NCBI GenBank assembly: GCA_963733815.1
Contig: CAVTEG010000015.1
Coordinates: 171,910 to 235,909, forward strand
DNA length: 64,000 nucleotides
Direction of reading: 5' to 3'
Origin: an uncultured Acidobacteriota bacterium
GTDB taxonomy: Bacteria > Acidobacteriota > Thermoanaerobaculia > UBA5066 > Gp7-AA6
Numbering within the stretch: the stretch's first letter is position 1; each line of letters opens with the position of its first letter. The position numbers were made by a program, and so were the translations under genes. Positions 1-9,928 of this stretch are shown here, piece after piece. Under the pieces are notes generated by a model. That model worked only from the letters and a program-made list of their open reading frames with translations. It was not told where the DNA came from and did not search any database.

Positions 1-171
1 CGAACCGCGCGAGAGCCTCGGGGGAGCCCGCGAAGCGCTCGGGCAGCACCTTGACGGCGACCTCGCGGCCGAGGCGCGTGTCACGCGCGCGGTAAACCTC
101 CCCCATTCCGCCCGCGCCGAGCGGGTCCACGATCGCGTAGGGGCCGAGCCGGGCATCCGGAGCCAGGGTCA
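1..171 (-). CDS. Ser/Thr protein kinase, N-terminal fragment (gene continues beyond window start)
   Basis: Minus-strand translation from ATG at 171 gives [45 protein letters not shown]. This is the glycine-rich loop plus VAVK lysine motif of a Hanks-type kinase. It is truncated by the window edge. Confidence 0.5.
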
Positions 172-229
172 TGAGGTCGGGCGGATTCTAGCCTCTGAGG
201 CGGGTGGAGCGAAGCCCCGGCGACAAAGC

Positions 230-247
230 TGCACACGAAAGTGTGCA
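230..247. promoter_or_regulatory. Perfect inverted repeat TGCACAC-N4-GTGTGCA upstream of glnA (NtrC-like or other regulator site candidate)
   Basis: The sequence reads TGCACACGAAAGTGTGCA, about 100 bp upstream of the glnA ATG. It resembles the NtrC consensus TGCACC-N5-GGTGCA. Confidence 0.3.
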
Positions 248-286
248 TTGGAGGCCACTTTTCGGTGCCATTCTGCAAGATTGTGG

Positions 287-314
287 TTGATTTGACGCAA
301 ATTGACACTAGAAT
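287..314 (+). promoter_or_regulatory. Candidate sigma-70 promoter of glnA (-35 TTGATT, 16-nt spacer, -10 TAGAAT)
   Basis: The spacing and hexamers were read directly from the sequence. An RBS AAGGGAGG lies at 334-341 before ATG 346. Confidence 0.3.
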
Positions 315-345
315 TCTGCTCTGACGTCAAGAAAAGGGAGGCGGC

Positions 346-1719
346 ATGGCAAAGGCGAAGGTCCTGAAGTTCGATGCGGCGGGTCCGGGTCTCTCCAAGT
401 CCGAGATTCTCAAGGTGTGCGAGGCGGAGAACGTCCGCTTCATGCGCCTGCAGTTCACCGACATCTTCGGCGTGATCAAGAACGTCGAGCTGCCGAGCTC
501 GCAGTTCGGCAAGGCTCTCGACGGCGAGATCCAGTTCGACGGGTCGTCGATCGAGGGGTTCACGCGCATCGAAGAGTCCGACATGAACCTGGTGCCGGAT
601 CTGAACTCTTTCGCGATCTACCCATGGGCGCACTCCAACGGCGAGAAGGTCGGCCGCCTGATCTGCGACGTCTACAACCCCGACGGAACGCCGTTTCCGG
701 GCTGCCCTCGCATGACGTTGAAGAAGCAGATGGACAAGGCCTCGGCCCTCGGCTACACGATGGTCACGGGCCCCGAGGCGGAATTCTTCCTGTTCCGCCG
801 CGACGCCAACGGCGATCCCATCGTGGACACGCACGACGAGGGCGCCTATTTCGACCTGACCCCCGTGGACCGCGGCGAGGAGGCTCGCCGGGACATCGTG
901 CTGGCTCTCGAGCAGATGGGCTTCGAGGTGGAGGCCGCTCACCACGAAGTCGCCCCCGGGCAGCACGAGATCGACTTCAAGTACGCCGATGCCGTGACCA
1001 CGGCCGACCGCGTCTCGACTTTCCGCTTCATCGTCAAGAAGGTCGCCATGGACCACGGTCTCCACGCGACGTTCATGCCGAAGCCGATCTTCGGCGTCAA
1101 CGGCTCGGGGATGCACGTCCACCAGTCCTTCCTGGACAAGAAGGGCAACAACGTCTTCTACGACGCGAAGGCCAAGTATCAGCTCTCCAAGACCGCTCTG
1201 AACTACACCGGCGGCATCCTGCGCCACGCCCGGGCGTTCGTGGCCGTCACGAACCCCCTCGTCAACTCGTACAAGCGCCTCGTGCCGGGCTACGAAGCGC
1301 CGGTCAACGTGGCGTGGTCGATGCGGAACCGTTCGCCCCTCGTGCGCGTCCCGGCGCGGCGCGGAATGGGCACGCGCATCGAGGTTCGCATGCCGGACCC
1401 GTCCTGCAACCCCTACCTGGCGTTCGGTGTGATGCTGGCGTCGGGCCTGGACGGCGTGAAGAACCGGATGGATCCGGGCGAGCCGGTCGATAAAAACGTC
1501 TTCAAGATGAGCGAGCGTGAAAAGCGGCGCCTGCGCATCGACCAGCTCCCGGCCAACCTCTCCGAGGCGCTGGACAACCTGGAGAAGGACGGCGTCGTCA
1601 CCGAGGCGCTCGGCGAGCACATCCTGTCGCACTTCCTCGAAGCCAAGCGCGGCGAGTGGGCCGAATACATCTCGCGGGTGCAGCCCTGGGAGACGGAGAA
1701 GTATCTCGAGACGTATTGA
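346..1719 (+). CDS. glnA: Glutamine synthetase type I
   Basis: A 457-aa ORF. The N-terminal beta-grasp and catalytic domain motifs are typical of GSI (e.g. FTDIFGV, NPYLAFG). A strong RBS precedes the start. Confidence 0.95.
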   Translation: MAKAKVLKFDAAGPGLSKSEILKVCEAENVRFMRLQFTDIFGVIKNVELPSSQFGKALDGEIQFDGSSIEGFTRIEESDMNLVPDLNSFAIYPWAHSNGEKVGRLICDVYNPDGTPFPGCPRMTLKKQMDKASALGYTMVTGPEAEFFLFRRDANGDPIVDTHDEGAYFDLTPVDRGEEARRDIVLALEQMGFEVEAAHHEVAPGQHEIDFKYADAVTTADRVSTFRFIVKKVAMDHGLHATFMPKPIFGVNGSGMHVHQSFLDKKGNNVFYDAKAKYQLSKTALNYTGGILRHARAFVAVTNPLVNSYKRLVPGYEAPVNVAWSMRNRSPLVRVPARRGMGTRIEVRMPDPSCNPYLAFGVMLASGLDGVKNRMDPGEPVDKNVFKMSEREKRRLRIDQLPANLSEALDNLEKDGVVTEALGEHILSHFLEAKRGEWAEYISRVQPWETEKYLETY

Positions 1720-1784
1720 TCGCGAAATACGGATTGCCTAATGTAATAAGGCCAGAGGAGACTCTGGCCTTATTTTTTTAGCAT

Positions 1785-2765
1785 ATGGCGTCCGGTAGAC
1801 TGGCAAACATGGGTGTCCTCTCGGAATCGCTCCGCGCGCGGCTGACCTCAGGTGCGCCGCTGCTTCTCGACGCGGCGATGGGAACAGAGCTCCAGAGGAG
1901 GGACGCCGACACGAAACTGCCGCTCTGGAGCGCCGCCGCTCTCGTCCGGGATCCCGAGCTGGTCTGGACGATTCACTCCGACGAGGTCTCGGCCGGTGCC
2001 GACATCCTGACCGCGAACACGTTCCGGACACACTCGCGGTCCCTGGCCAAGGCGGGTCTGGCGGAACGCGCGGGGGAGCTCGGCGCCCTGGCGGTGCAGC
2101 TCGCGCACCAGGCCGCCGCAGCTCCCGGGCGCGACATCTTCGTCGCCGGCTCGCTCTCGCCGCTCGAAGACTGCTATCGGCCGGACCTCGTCCCGGACGA
2201 TGCCGCTCTCGCGCGCGAGCACGGCGCACAGGCGCGCTTCCTGGCCGAGGCCGGCGTGGACCTGATCCTCGTCGAGACGCAGAACACGATCCGCGAGGCG
2301 GCTGCCGCGCTGCGCGCCGCGAAGGCGACCGGCGTTCCGGTCTTCGTTTCGCTGGTCACCGATGGGAAGGGGAGCCTCCTTTCAGGCGAACCGATCGCCG
2401 ACGCGGCGCAGACACTTCTGCCGCTCGAGCCCGACGCGCTCGGCATCAACTGCGTCCCTGCGGCGCGGCTGGGTTCCGATCTCGCCGCCCTCGCCGCCGC
2501 CGCGCCCGGCGTGCCGCTCGTCGCCTACGGCAACCTGGGTCTTCCCGACGACTCGCGCGGCTGGGCGTTCACCGAAGAGGTCTCGCCCGAGGAGTACGTC
2601 GAGCACGCCCGCACGTGGCTCGCCTCTGGGGCTCGCGTCGTCGGAGGCTGCTGCGGGACCACGCCCGCGTTCACGAGGGCGCTGCGAGAAATGATGAACC
2701 AGAGGCAGGAGAATCCGCCACACATGATTCCCCTCTCCCCCCGCGCCGCGGGGGGAGAGGGTTAG
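1785..2765 (+). CDS. mmuM: Homocysteine S-methyltransferase (MmuM/BHMT family)
   Basis: The S-methyl_trans domain signatures are present: LWSAAAL, ILTANTF and the C-terminal zinc site VVGGCCGTTP. Confidence 0.8.
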   Translation: MASGRLANMGVLSESLRARLTSGAPLLLDAAMGTELQRRDADTKLPLWSAAALVRDPELVWTIHSDEVSAGADILTANTFRTHSRSLAKAGLAERAGELGALAVQLAHQAAAAPGRDIFVAGSLSPLEDCYRPDLVPDDAALAREHGAQARFLAEAGVDLILVETQNTIREAAAALRAAKATGVPVFVSLVTDGKGSLLSGEPIADAAQTLLPLEPDALGINCVPAARLGSDLAALAAAAPGVPLVAYGNLGLPDDSRGWAFTEEVSPEEYVEHARTWLASGARVVGGCCGTTPAFTRALREMMNQRQENPPHMIPLSPRAAGGEG

Positions 2766-2777
2766 GGTGAGGGGGGC

Positions 2778-3914
2778 TCAGCCCTCCGTCTCTATCTCAT
2801 AGACGTCGATGCCCGTGCCAAGACTGGAGAAGGTCTCGATCGGGCTCTTCTTCAGGAAGCGCAGCCAGGCGGGCCGGCGGGACTTGCCGAAGATGGCGAG
2901 CGTCACCCCGTGCTCGCGGGCGAAGCGCAGCAGCTCGCGGGCGACGTTCTCGGCCGACAGCCAGACGACTTTGGCTCCGAGCTCCATGGCGAGGGTCACG
3001 TTTTCGTTCAGGAGCCGGTGCTCGCGCGCCGACATCCGCTGGGGGCTCTCCTTGGGCGTCCGGACGTACACCGCGAACCAATTCGTGTTGAGCTTGCCGG
3101 CCATCGCCGACGCACGGCGGAGGAGGCGTCGCGTGGTCTCGGGGTTCGACGAGATCGCGACCATGGCCTTCGTGCCGACGGGTTCCCCGATCACGAACTT
3201 GTCCGTGCCCCTCCTCTCGGCCTCGAGCCGGTCGGCGATCTGCCGCATGGCCAGCTCGCGCAGCGATGCCAGGTTCTCCTCGGTGAAGAAGTTCTGGAGA
3301 GCGGGCTGGATTCGCTCCGGCGGATAGATCTTTCCGGCGAGGAGCCTCTCGCGGAGCTCTTCGGAAGGCAGATCGACGTTCACGACCGCGTCGGCCTGGC
3401 GCAGGATCCGGTCCGGCACGCGTTCCTGGACGTCGACGCCCGTCACGCGCGAGACGATGTCCTGGAGGGACTCGAAGTGCTGGATGTTGACCGCCGACAT
3501 CACCGAGATGCCCGCGTCCAGGAGGTCCTCGACGTCCTCGTACCGCTTGGCATTTTCGGTTCCCGGAACGTTGGTGTGCGCGAGCTCGTCGACGATCACG
3601 GCTTCGGGCCTGCGCCGGAGAATCGCGGGCAGGTCCATTTCCTCTAGGGACTTGCCCTTGTAGGTCACAGTGCGGCGGGGAATGATCTCGAGGCCGGCCA
3701 CCCGCTCGGCGGTCTCGGCGCGACCGTGGGTCTCGATCAGGCCCGCGACGACGTCAATACCCTGTTTCTTCAAGTGGTGGGCGTCTTCGAGCATCTGGTA
3801 GGTCTTGCCGACTCCCGCCGCGTGCCCGATGTACAGCTTGAGCTTGCCGCGGCGCCCCTTCTCGATCAGCTTCAGGAAGATGTCGGCGGTCCGGCGACTG
3901 TCCTCCTGAGGCAT
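2778..3914 (-). CDS. kdpD: KdpD N-terminal sensor domain plus Usp domain, encoded as a separate protein (split KdpD, part 1)
   Basis: The Walker-A-like GHAAGVGKTY is typical of the KdpD N-terminal domain (PF02702), and a USP fold follows. The ORF stops before any TM or kinase region. Confidence 0.85.
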   Translation of the reverse strand: MPQEDSRRTADIFLKLIEKGRRGKLKLYIGHAAGVGKTYQMLEDAHHLKKQGIDVVAGLIETHGRAETAERVAGLEIIPRRTVTYKGKSLEEMDLPAILRRRPEAVIVDELAHTNVPGTENAKRYEDVEDLLDAGISVMSAVNIQHFESLQDIVSRVTGVDVQERVPDRILRQADAVVNVDLPSEELRERLLAGKIYPPERIQPALQNFFTEENLASLRELAMRQIADRLEAERRGTDKFVIGEPVGTKAMVAISSNPETTRRLLRRASAMAGKLNTNWFAVYVRTPKESPQRMSAREHRLLNENVTLAMELGAKVVWLSAENVARELLRFAREHGVTLAIFGKSRRPAWLRFLKKSPIETFSSLGTGIDVYEIETEG

Positions 3915-3923
3915 GCAGCAATT

Positions 3924-4505
3924 CTAAGGTCGGGCCGGGAGCGCTCGGTCGAGGTCCAGATTCGTCAGGAGCACGTTGACCCGCGGCTCTCCCAGGAAGC
4001 CGAGCGTGCGCGCCTCGACGTGGCGGCGGATGACCTTGGCGATCTGCTCCTCGGTGACACCCCGCGCCTTTGCGATCCGGGCGGCCTGCCAGAGGGCCGC
4101 GTCCGGCGACAGGTGAGGGTCGAAGCCCGATGCCGATGTGGTGACGAGGTCCGCTGGGACCGGGCGCGAGTCGCCGGGACGGTCGGCGCGCGCGGCGGCG
4201 ACGGCCTCGGCGATCTGCTTCGCCAGGCCCGCGTCCGTTGCGCCCTTGTTGGTGCCGCCGGAGGCGGTCGCGTCGTACCCCTCCTTCCCGGCCGCCGAGG
4301 GCCGGCCATGGAGGTACTCGGGACGCGTGAACTTCTGCCCGATGAGCTCGGAGCCCACCACCCGCCCGTTCGCCGTGACGAACGACCCGTTGGCTCGGCC
4401 CGGCCAGAATACGCGGCCGGCGAGCCAGACGGCTCCGGGATAGACGCCCCCGAGCAGGACGGTCAGCACGACGACATAGAGCGTGGAGCGAATAGCGAGT
4501 TTCAT
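3924..4505 (-). CDS. kdpC: K+-transporting ATPase subunit C
   Basis: A 193-aa ORF with an N-terminal TM helix. The KdpC family pattern is clear (LIGQKF, TSASGFDPHLSP). Confidence 0.9.
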   Translation of the reverse strand: MKLAIRSTLYVVVLTVLLGGVYPGAVWLAGRVFWPGRANGSFVTANGRVVGSELIGQKFTRPEYLHGRPSAAGKEGYDATASGGTNKGATDAGLAKQIAEAVAAARADRPGDSRPVPADLVTTSASGFDPHLSPDAALWQAARIAKARGVTEEQIAKVIRRHVEARTLGFLGEPRVNVLLTNLDLDRALPARP

Positions 4506-4514
4506 GGCATGTCC

Positions 4515-6546
4515 TCAGGCAAGATGAAGGGCCAACACGATCCAGTCGATGAGCTTGATTCCGATGAAGGGCACGATGATGCCCCCGATGCCGTAGATCC
4601 AGAGGTTCCGGGCCAGGATGCGCGCGGCGCCGAGCGGCCGGTACCGGACGCCGCGCAGCGCCAGCGGAATCAGCGCGACGATGATCAACGCGTTGAAAAT
4701 GACGGCGGAAAGAATCGCCGACTTCGGATTCCCGAGGTGCATGACGTTCAGGGCGTTCAAGGCTGGATACGTCGCCGCGAACATCGCGGGCAGGATCGCG
4801 AAGTACTTCGCGACGTCGTTGGCGATCGAGAACGTCGTGAGCGAGCCGCGCGTCATCAGCAGCTGCTTGCCGATCTCGACGACCTCGATGAGTTTCGTGG
4901 GGTTGGAGTCGAGGTCGACCATGTTGCCGGCTTCGCGCGCGGCCTGCGTCCCGGTGTTCATCGCGACGCCGACGTCCGCCTGGGCGAGCGCCGGAGCGTC
5001 GTTAGTTCCGTCTCCCGTCATCGCCACGAGGTTGCCGCCTTCCTGCTCCTTGCGGATCAGGGCGAGCTTCTGTTCGGGCGTGGCCTGGGCCAGGAAATCA
5101 TCCACGCCGGCTTCCCGCGCAATCGCGGCGGCGGTCAGAGGGTTGTCGCCGGTGATCATGATCGTGCGGATGCCCATCGCCCGGAGACGGTCGAAGCGGT
5201 CGCGCATGCCCGTCTTGACCACGTCGCGCAGGGCGATGACGCCAAGGATCTTGGCGTCGTCGGACACCAGCAGGGGCGTCGCGCCTTCCCCGGCAATCCG
5301 GTTGACGAGGTCGTTGACGGCGGGGTCGATCCGGCCTCCCTGAGAGCGGACCCATTCGATGATGGCGTCGCCGGCGCCCTTGCGGATCCTGCGGCCGTTC
5401 AAGTCCACGCCCGACATCCGGGTCGTCGCCGAGAAGGGGATGAAGTGCATGCCCTCGACGTGCCGTCCCCGCAGGCCGAACTTCTCCTTCGCGAGGACGA
5501 CGATCGAGCGGCCCTCCGGAGTCTCGTCGGCCAGCGAAGAGAGCTGCGCGGTCTCGGCGAGGTACGAAGCCGGGACGACTCCGGGCGCCAGGATGAAGTC
5601 CGTCGCCTGGCGATTCCCCAGGGTGATGGTTCCCGTCTTGTCGAGCAGAAGGACGTTGACGTCGCCGGCGGCCTCGACGGCTCGCCCGGACATAGCCAGC
5701 ACGTTGTGCTGGAGGACTCGGTCCATCCCGGCGATTCCGATCGCCGAGAGCAAGCCGCCGATGGTCGTCGGAATCAAACACACGAGGAGCGCGATCAGGA
5801 CGGGTGTCGTGGCTTCCCCCTTGGCGTAGAGAGCGAAGGGTCGAAGCGTGACGGTCGCGATCAGGAAGACGATCGTCAACCCCGCGAGCAGAATCGAGAG
5901 GGCGATCTCGTTGGGCGTCTTCTGCCGGGTTGCCCCCTCGACCAGTGCGATCATGCGGTCCAGGAACGTCTCGCCGGGGTTCGACGTGATCTCGACGACG
6001 ATGCGATCCGAGAGCACCCGCGTGCCTCCCGTGACCGCGGAACGGTCGCCTCCGGATTCCCGGATCACGGGCGCCGACTCGCCGGTGATCGCCGATTCGT
6101 CGACCGAGGCAATGCCTTCGACGACGGTTCCGTCGCCCGGGATGACCTGGCCGGCCTCGACGACCACGCGGTCGCCCTTTCGTAGAGATGTCGCCGGGGT
6201 CTGTTCCTCGCCCTTCTTCGTCAGACGCCGCGCCATCGGTCTCCTGCCGGCCTCGGCGCAGGGCGGCGGCCTGGGCCTTGCCGCGTCCTTCGGCCATGGC
6301 CTCGGCGAAGTTGGCGAAGAGCAGAGTGAACCAGAGCCAGAGAGCGATCTGAAGGTTGAAGAGCACGTCCTTGCCGCGGGCAACGTCGCGAACGAGAAGC
6401 ACGGTCACGAGGACCGCACCGACGAGCACGACGAACATGACCGGGTTCTGCGCCTGCAGCCGCGGGTCGAGCTTGCGGAAGGAATCGCGGATCGCCGGGC
6501 CGACGATGGACCGGTCGAAGAGCTTGTGCGCCCGAGGGTACGCCAT
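4515..6546 (-). CDS. kdpB: K+-transporting P-type ATPase subunit B, interrupted by one apparent frameshift near 6240
   Basis: The N-terminal 100 aa are in the frame of ORF 5098..6546 ([20 protein letters not shown]). The rest, including DKTGTIT and TGDNPLTA, is in the frame of ORF 4515..6383. The junction falls at ALRR / LTKKGEEQ. Confidence 0.8.
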
Positions 6547-6556
6547 GGTCTTCCTC

Positions 6557-8284
<1,728 letters not shown>

Positions 8285-8288
8285 GGCA

Positions 8289-8378
8289 TCACACCTTCTC
8301 GGCTCTCAGCATGGCGTGCAGCAGGTACCAGAGCAGCCCGAGAGTGACGAGAAGCCCCAGCACATCTTCCCAACCCAT
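8289..8378 (-). CDS. kdpF: K+-transporting ATPase subunit F (29 aa)
   Basis: Translation gives MGWEDVLGLLVTLGLLWYLLHAMLRAEKV. This is a single TM helix of the same size as E. coli KdpF. Its stop overlaps the kdpA start (ATGA). Confidence 0.65.
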   Translation of the reverse strand: MGWEDVLGLLVTLGLLWYLLHAMLRAEKV

Positions 8379-8387
8379 GTGCCCTCC

Positions 8388-8471
8388 TCAGATCCGGTCG
8401 CAGCGGCGCGTGTAGACGATCGAGGCCCAAAACAGAAGAATCGTCGCTGCGAGGAAGATCAGGTCCAGCAT
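8388..8471 (-). CDS. Candidate 27-aa hydrophobic peptide between the porin and kdpF
   Basis: Translation gives MLDLIFLAATILLFWASIVYTRRCDRI. A GAGGAG RBS lies 6 nt upstream. It is not in the ORF track because of its size. Confidence 0.3.
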   Translation of the reverse strand: MLDLIFLAATILLFWASIVYTRRCDRI

Positions 8472-8481
8472 CGCTCTCTCC

Positions 8482-9417
8482 TCAGAATGCGTAACCGAGC
8501 TCGATTAGGCCGGCGTTGCCCTTCGAGTCGCCGTTCTTGATCGAGTAGGCGGCATACGCGGTCCAGTGTCCCCCGAACGAGTAGTACAGCCCTGGCGTCA
8601 CGTAGCCGATTGCGTTCTCCCCACTCCACCAGTCGGCGGCGAGCGTCAGGCCCTTGACCCAGGGGAGCGGCTGCTCGAAGGTCGCGAGGGCGCCGCCCGT
8701 GCTTCTCGGCAGCGCGTAGCCCGCCGAGGAATACCACCCGCCGATCTCGATCCGCGTCCCGAGCTTCGGGATCTTGTAGGACGCGAAGCCGTAGCCGAGC
8801 CCGGCGGGGTCCCCGTCCTGGCTGCCCTTCAGAAAGAAGAGACCTTGGCCGCCGGCCGTCAGCGTGAAGTCCCCGGCGCGCACGGGCTGGATCTTGAGGG
8901 CGACGTTCGCGGTCGGGACGATCCCTCCGGGGGAGTTGAAGCCTCCGAAGTTGACGCCTCCCTCGACGCGCGGGAAGAGCCCGACGACGCCGCGAATGGT
9001 CGTCGAGGAGAACTTCGGCTCCGTCGGCCGAAAGAGCTCGTCGACTTCGAGGTAGACCTTCCCCGGATCGAGCACGCTGTCCGAGGGCACGTTGAAGACC
9101 GTCTGCTGGGCGAGCGCCGGCGCGGCGACCAAAGCGAAAGCGAGAATGGCCGCGGCGCGGACAGTCCCGACCCGCCGGCGATCGGGGCCGGGCGCCGGCG
9201 TCGGGCCGCGATCCTCCTCCCTCCATGCCCTGACCTTCACCTTCCAGGTCTTCATAGCGCGGCTCCCGAAATATAGATAACCCACGTACCCTGCGACGAC
9301 GGCGATCACCGCGACCCTGGGCGCGAGTGCCCCGAGTATCATGCCTCCGAGCAGACTTCCCAACGCCAGTCCGGTGAAACGGACGGCTCCTTTTTTCGCG
9401 TTCATGGATAGGAGCAT
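8482..9417 (-). CDS. Outer-membrane beta-barrel (porin-like) protein, in frame with an N-terminal small two-TM module
   Basis: The C-terminal 250 aa show alternating beta-strand patterns and end in the aromatic residue F. An internal signal peptide (VRAAAILAFALVAAPALAQQ) follows a two-TM segment that is paralogous to the upstream 97-aa ORF. The true start may be ATG 9405 or an internal GTG. Confidence 0.55.
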   Translation of the reverse strand: MLLSMNAKKGAVRFTGLALGSLLGGMILGALAPRVAVIAVVAGYVGYLYFGSRAMKTWKVKVRAWREEDRGPTPAPGPDRRRVGTVRAAAILAFALVAAPALAQQTVFNVPSDSVLDPGKVYLEVDELFRPTEPKFSSTTIRGVVGLFPRVEGGVNFGGFNSPGGIVPTANVALKIQPVRAGDFTLTAGGQGLFFLKGSQDGDPAGLGYGFASYKIPKLGTRIEIGGWYSSAGYALPRSTGGALATFEQPLPWVKGLTLAADWWSGENAIGYVTPGLYYSFGGHWTAYAAYSIKNGDSKGNAGLIELGYAF

Positions 9418-9418
9418 C

Positions 9419-9469
9419 CCTCCCCTCCGGAAAAGAAGTCCGGAGGGAGTTCGAAAGAGTTTCGAAAGG
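9419..9469 (-). promoter_or_regulatory. Leader motif copy 1 (anti-SD hairpin plus tandem CTTTCGAA) in the 5' UTR of the small-TM/porin gene
   Basis: The mRNA reads CTTTCGAAACTCTTTCGAACTCCCTCCGGACTTCTTTTCCGGAGGG. CCCTCCGG pairs with CCGGAGGG (8 bp) and overlaps the SD. The region is about 85% identical to copy 2 over about 43 nt. Confidence 0.35.
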
Positions 9470-9474
9470 CGAGT

Positions 9475-9768
9475 TCAGGTTCCATCGGGAAGGCGGATGC
9501 CCAAGCGGCGCGGCGCTGGCCGGGAAGAGAGGCCTCCCTGACGCTTGGTTCGGGATGCGGCCAGAAGTCTCGCCGCGTCGGCTCCGTTGAAGGCGCATCC
9601 GATGAGACCGAGGGCGACGAGAACCAGCCGCGAGAACGGGTCGGCCGAGGCGGCGCCGGCGAGAACGCCGCCGACGAGGCAGGCGAGGGCGAGGGCGGTG
9701 TATTCGAGAGCGGCGCGGTGTCGTTTCGAGTCGGGTACGTCTTTCAAGGTTCCCTCCAGACCGGGCAA
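9475..9768 (-). CDS. Small two-TM membrane protein (paralog of the N-terminus of the porin ORF)
   Basis: TALALACLVGGVLAGAAS...LVLVALGLIGCAF aligns with GLALGSLLGGMILGALA...VIAVVAGYVGYLYF in the downstream ORF. The track start is TTG. An alternative TTG at 9747 has a better GGAGGG RBS. Confidence 0.4.
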   Translation of the reverse strand: MPGLEGTLKDVPDSKRHRAALEYTALALACLVGGVLAGAASADPFSRLVLVALGLIGCAFNGADAARLLAASRTKRQGGLSSRPAPRRLGIRLPDGT

Positions 9769-9826
9769 GTCTGGCGGGGTGGGCGGAAAGAAGTCCGGAG
9801 GAGGCCCGAAAGAAACTCGAAAGATG
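9745..9826 (-). promoter_or_regulatory. Leader motif copy 2, with alternative hairpins involving the SD of the 97-aa ORF
   Basis: The same conserved 43-nt block is present (GCGGAAAGAAGTCCGGAGGAGGCCCGAAAGAAACTCGAAAG). A local palindrome CCAGACCGGGCAAGTCTGG lies at 9751-9769, and the CCUCC tract is complementary to GGAGG of the SD. Confidence 0.35.
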
Positions 9827-9833
9827 CCCGCAC

Positions 9834-9923
9834 GTCATCCCGAGCGAAGCGAGGGATCCCGTGCTTTCTGCGAGTGTTGCGGATCGAGTTCGGGATCCCT
9901 CGGGCTCACGCCCTCGGGATGAC
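9834..9923. repeat. About 90-bp palindromic intergenic repeat element (copy 1) immediately 3' of kdpE
   Basis: GTCATCCCGAGCGAAGCGAGGGATCCC ... GGGATCCCTCGGGCTCACGCCCTCGGGATGAC forms terminal inverted repeats. A second copy lies at 21946-22036. Confidence 0.5.
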
Positions 9924-9928
9924 AGGGG

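Noticed and set aside
169-1632. 487-aa antisense ORF opposite glnA, and similar long ORFs opposite kdp genes (3726..6185 +, 6899..8347 +), queA (12044..13123 +), MBL (13132..14163 -), VWA/ChlI (16177..17532 +, 18225..19784 -, 18404..19963 +), SBP (19949..21862 -) and the regulator (22310..23731 -)
   Set aside because: High-GC antisense read-through. The opposite strand carries well-conserved, domain-bearing genes.
9418-9835. c-di-AMP (ydaO/kimA) riboswitch upstream of kdp genes
   Set aside because: The conserved leaders are only about 45 nt. They lack the pseudo-two-fold architecture and conserved ACGR/GGGGA elements of that riboswitch.
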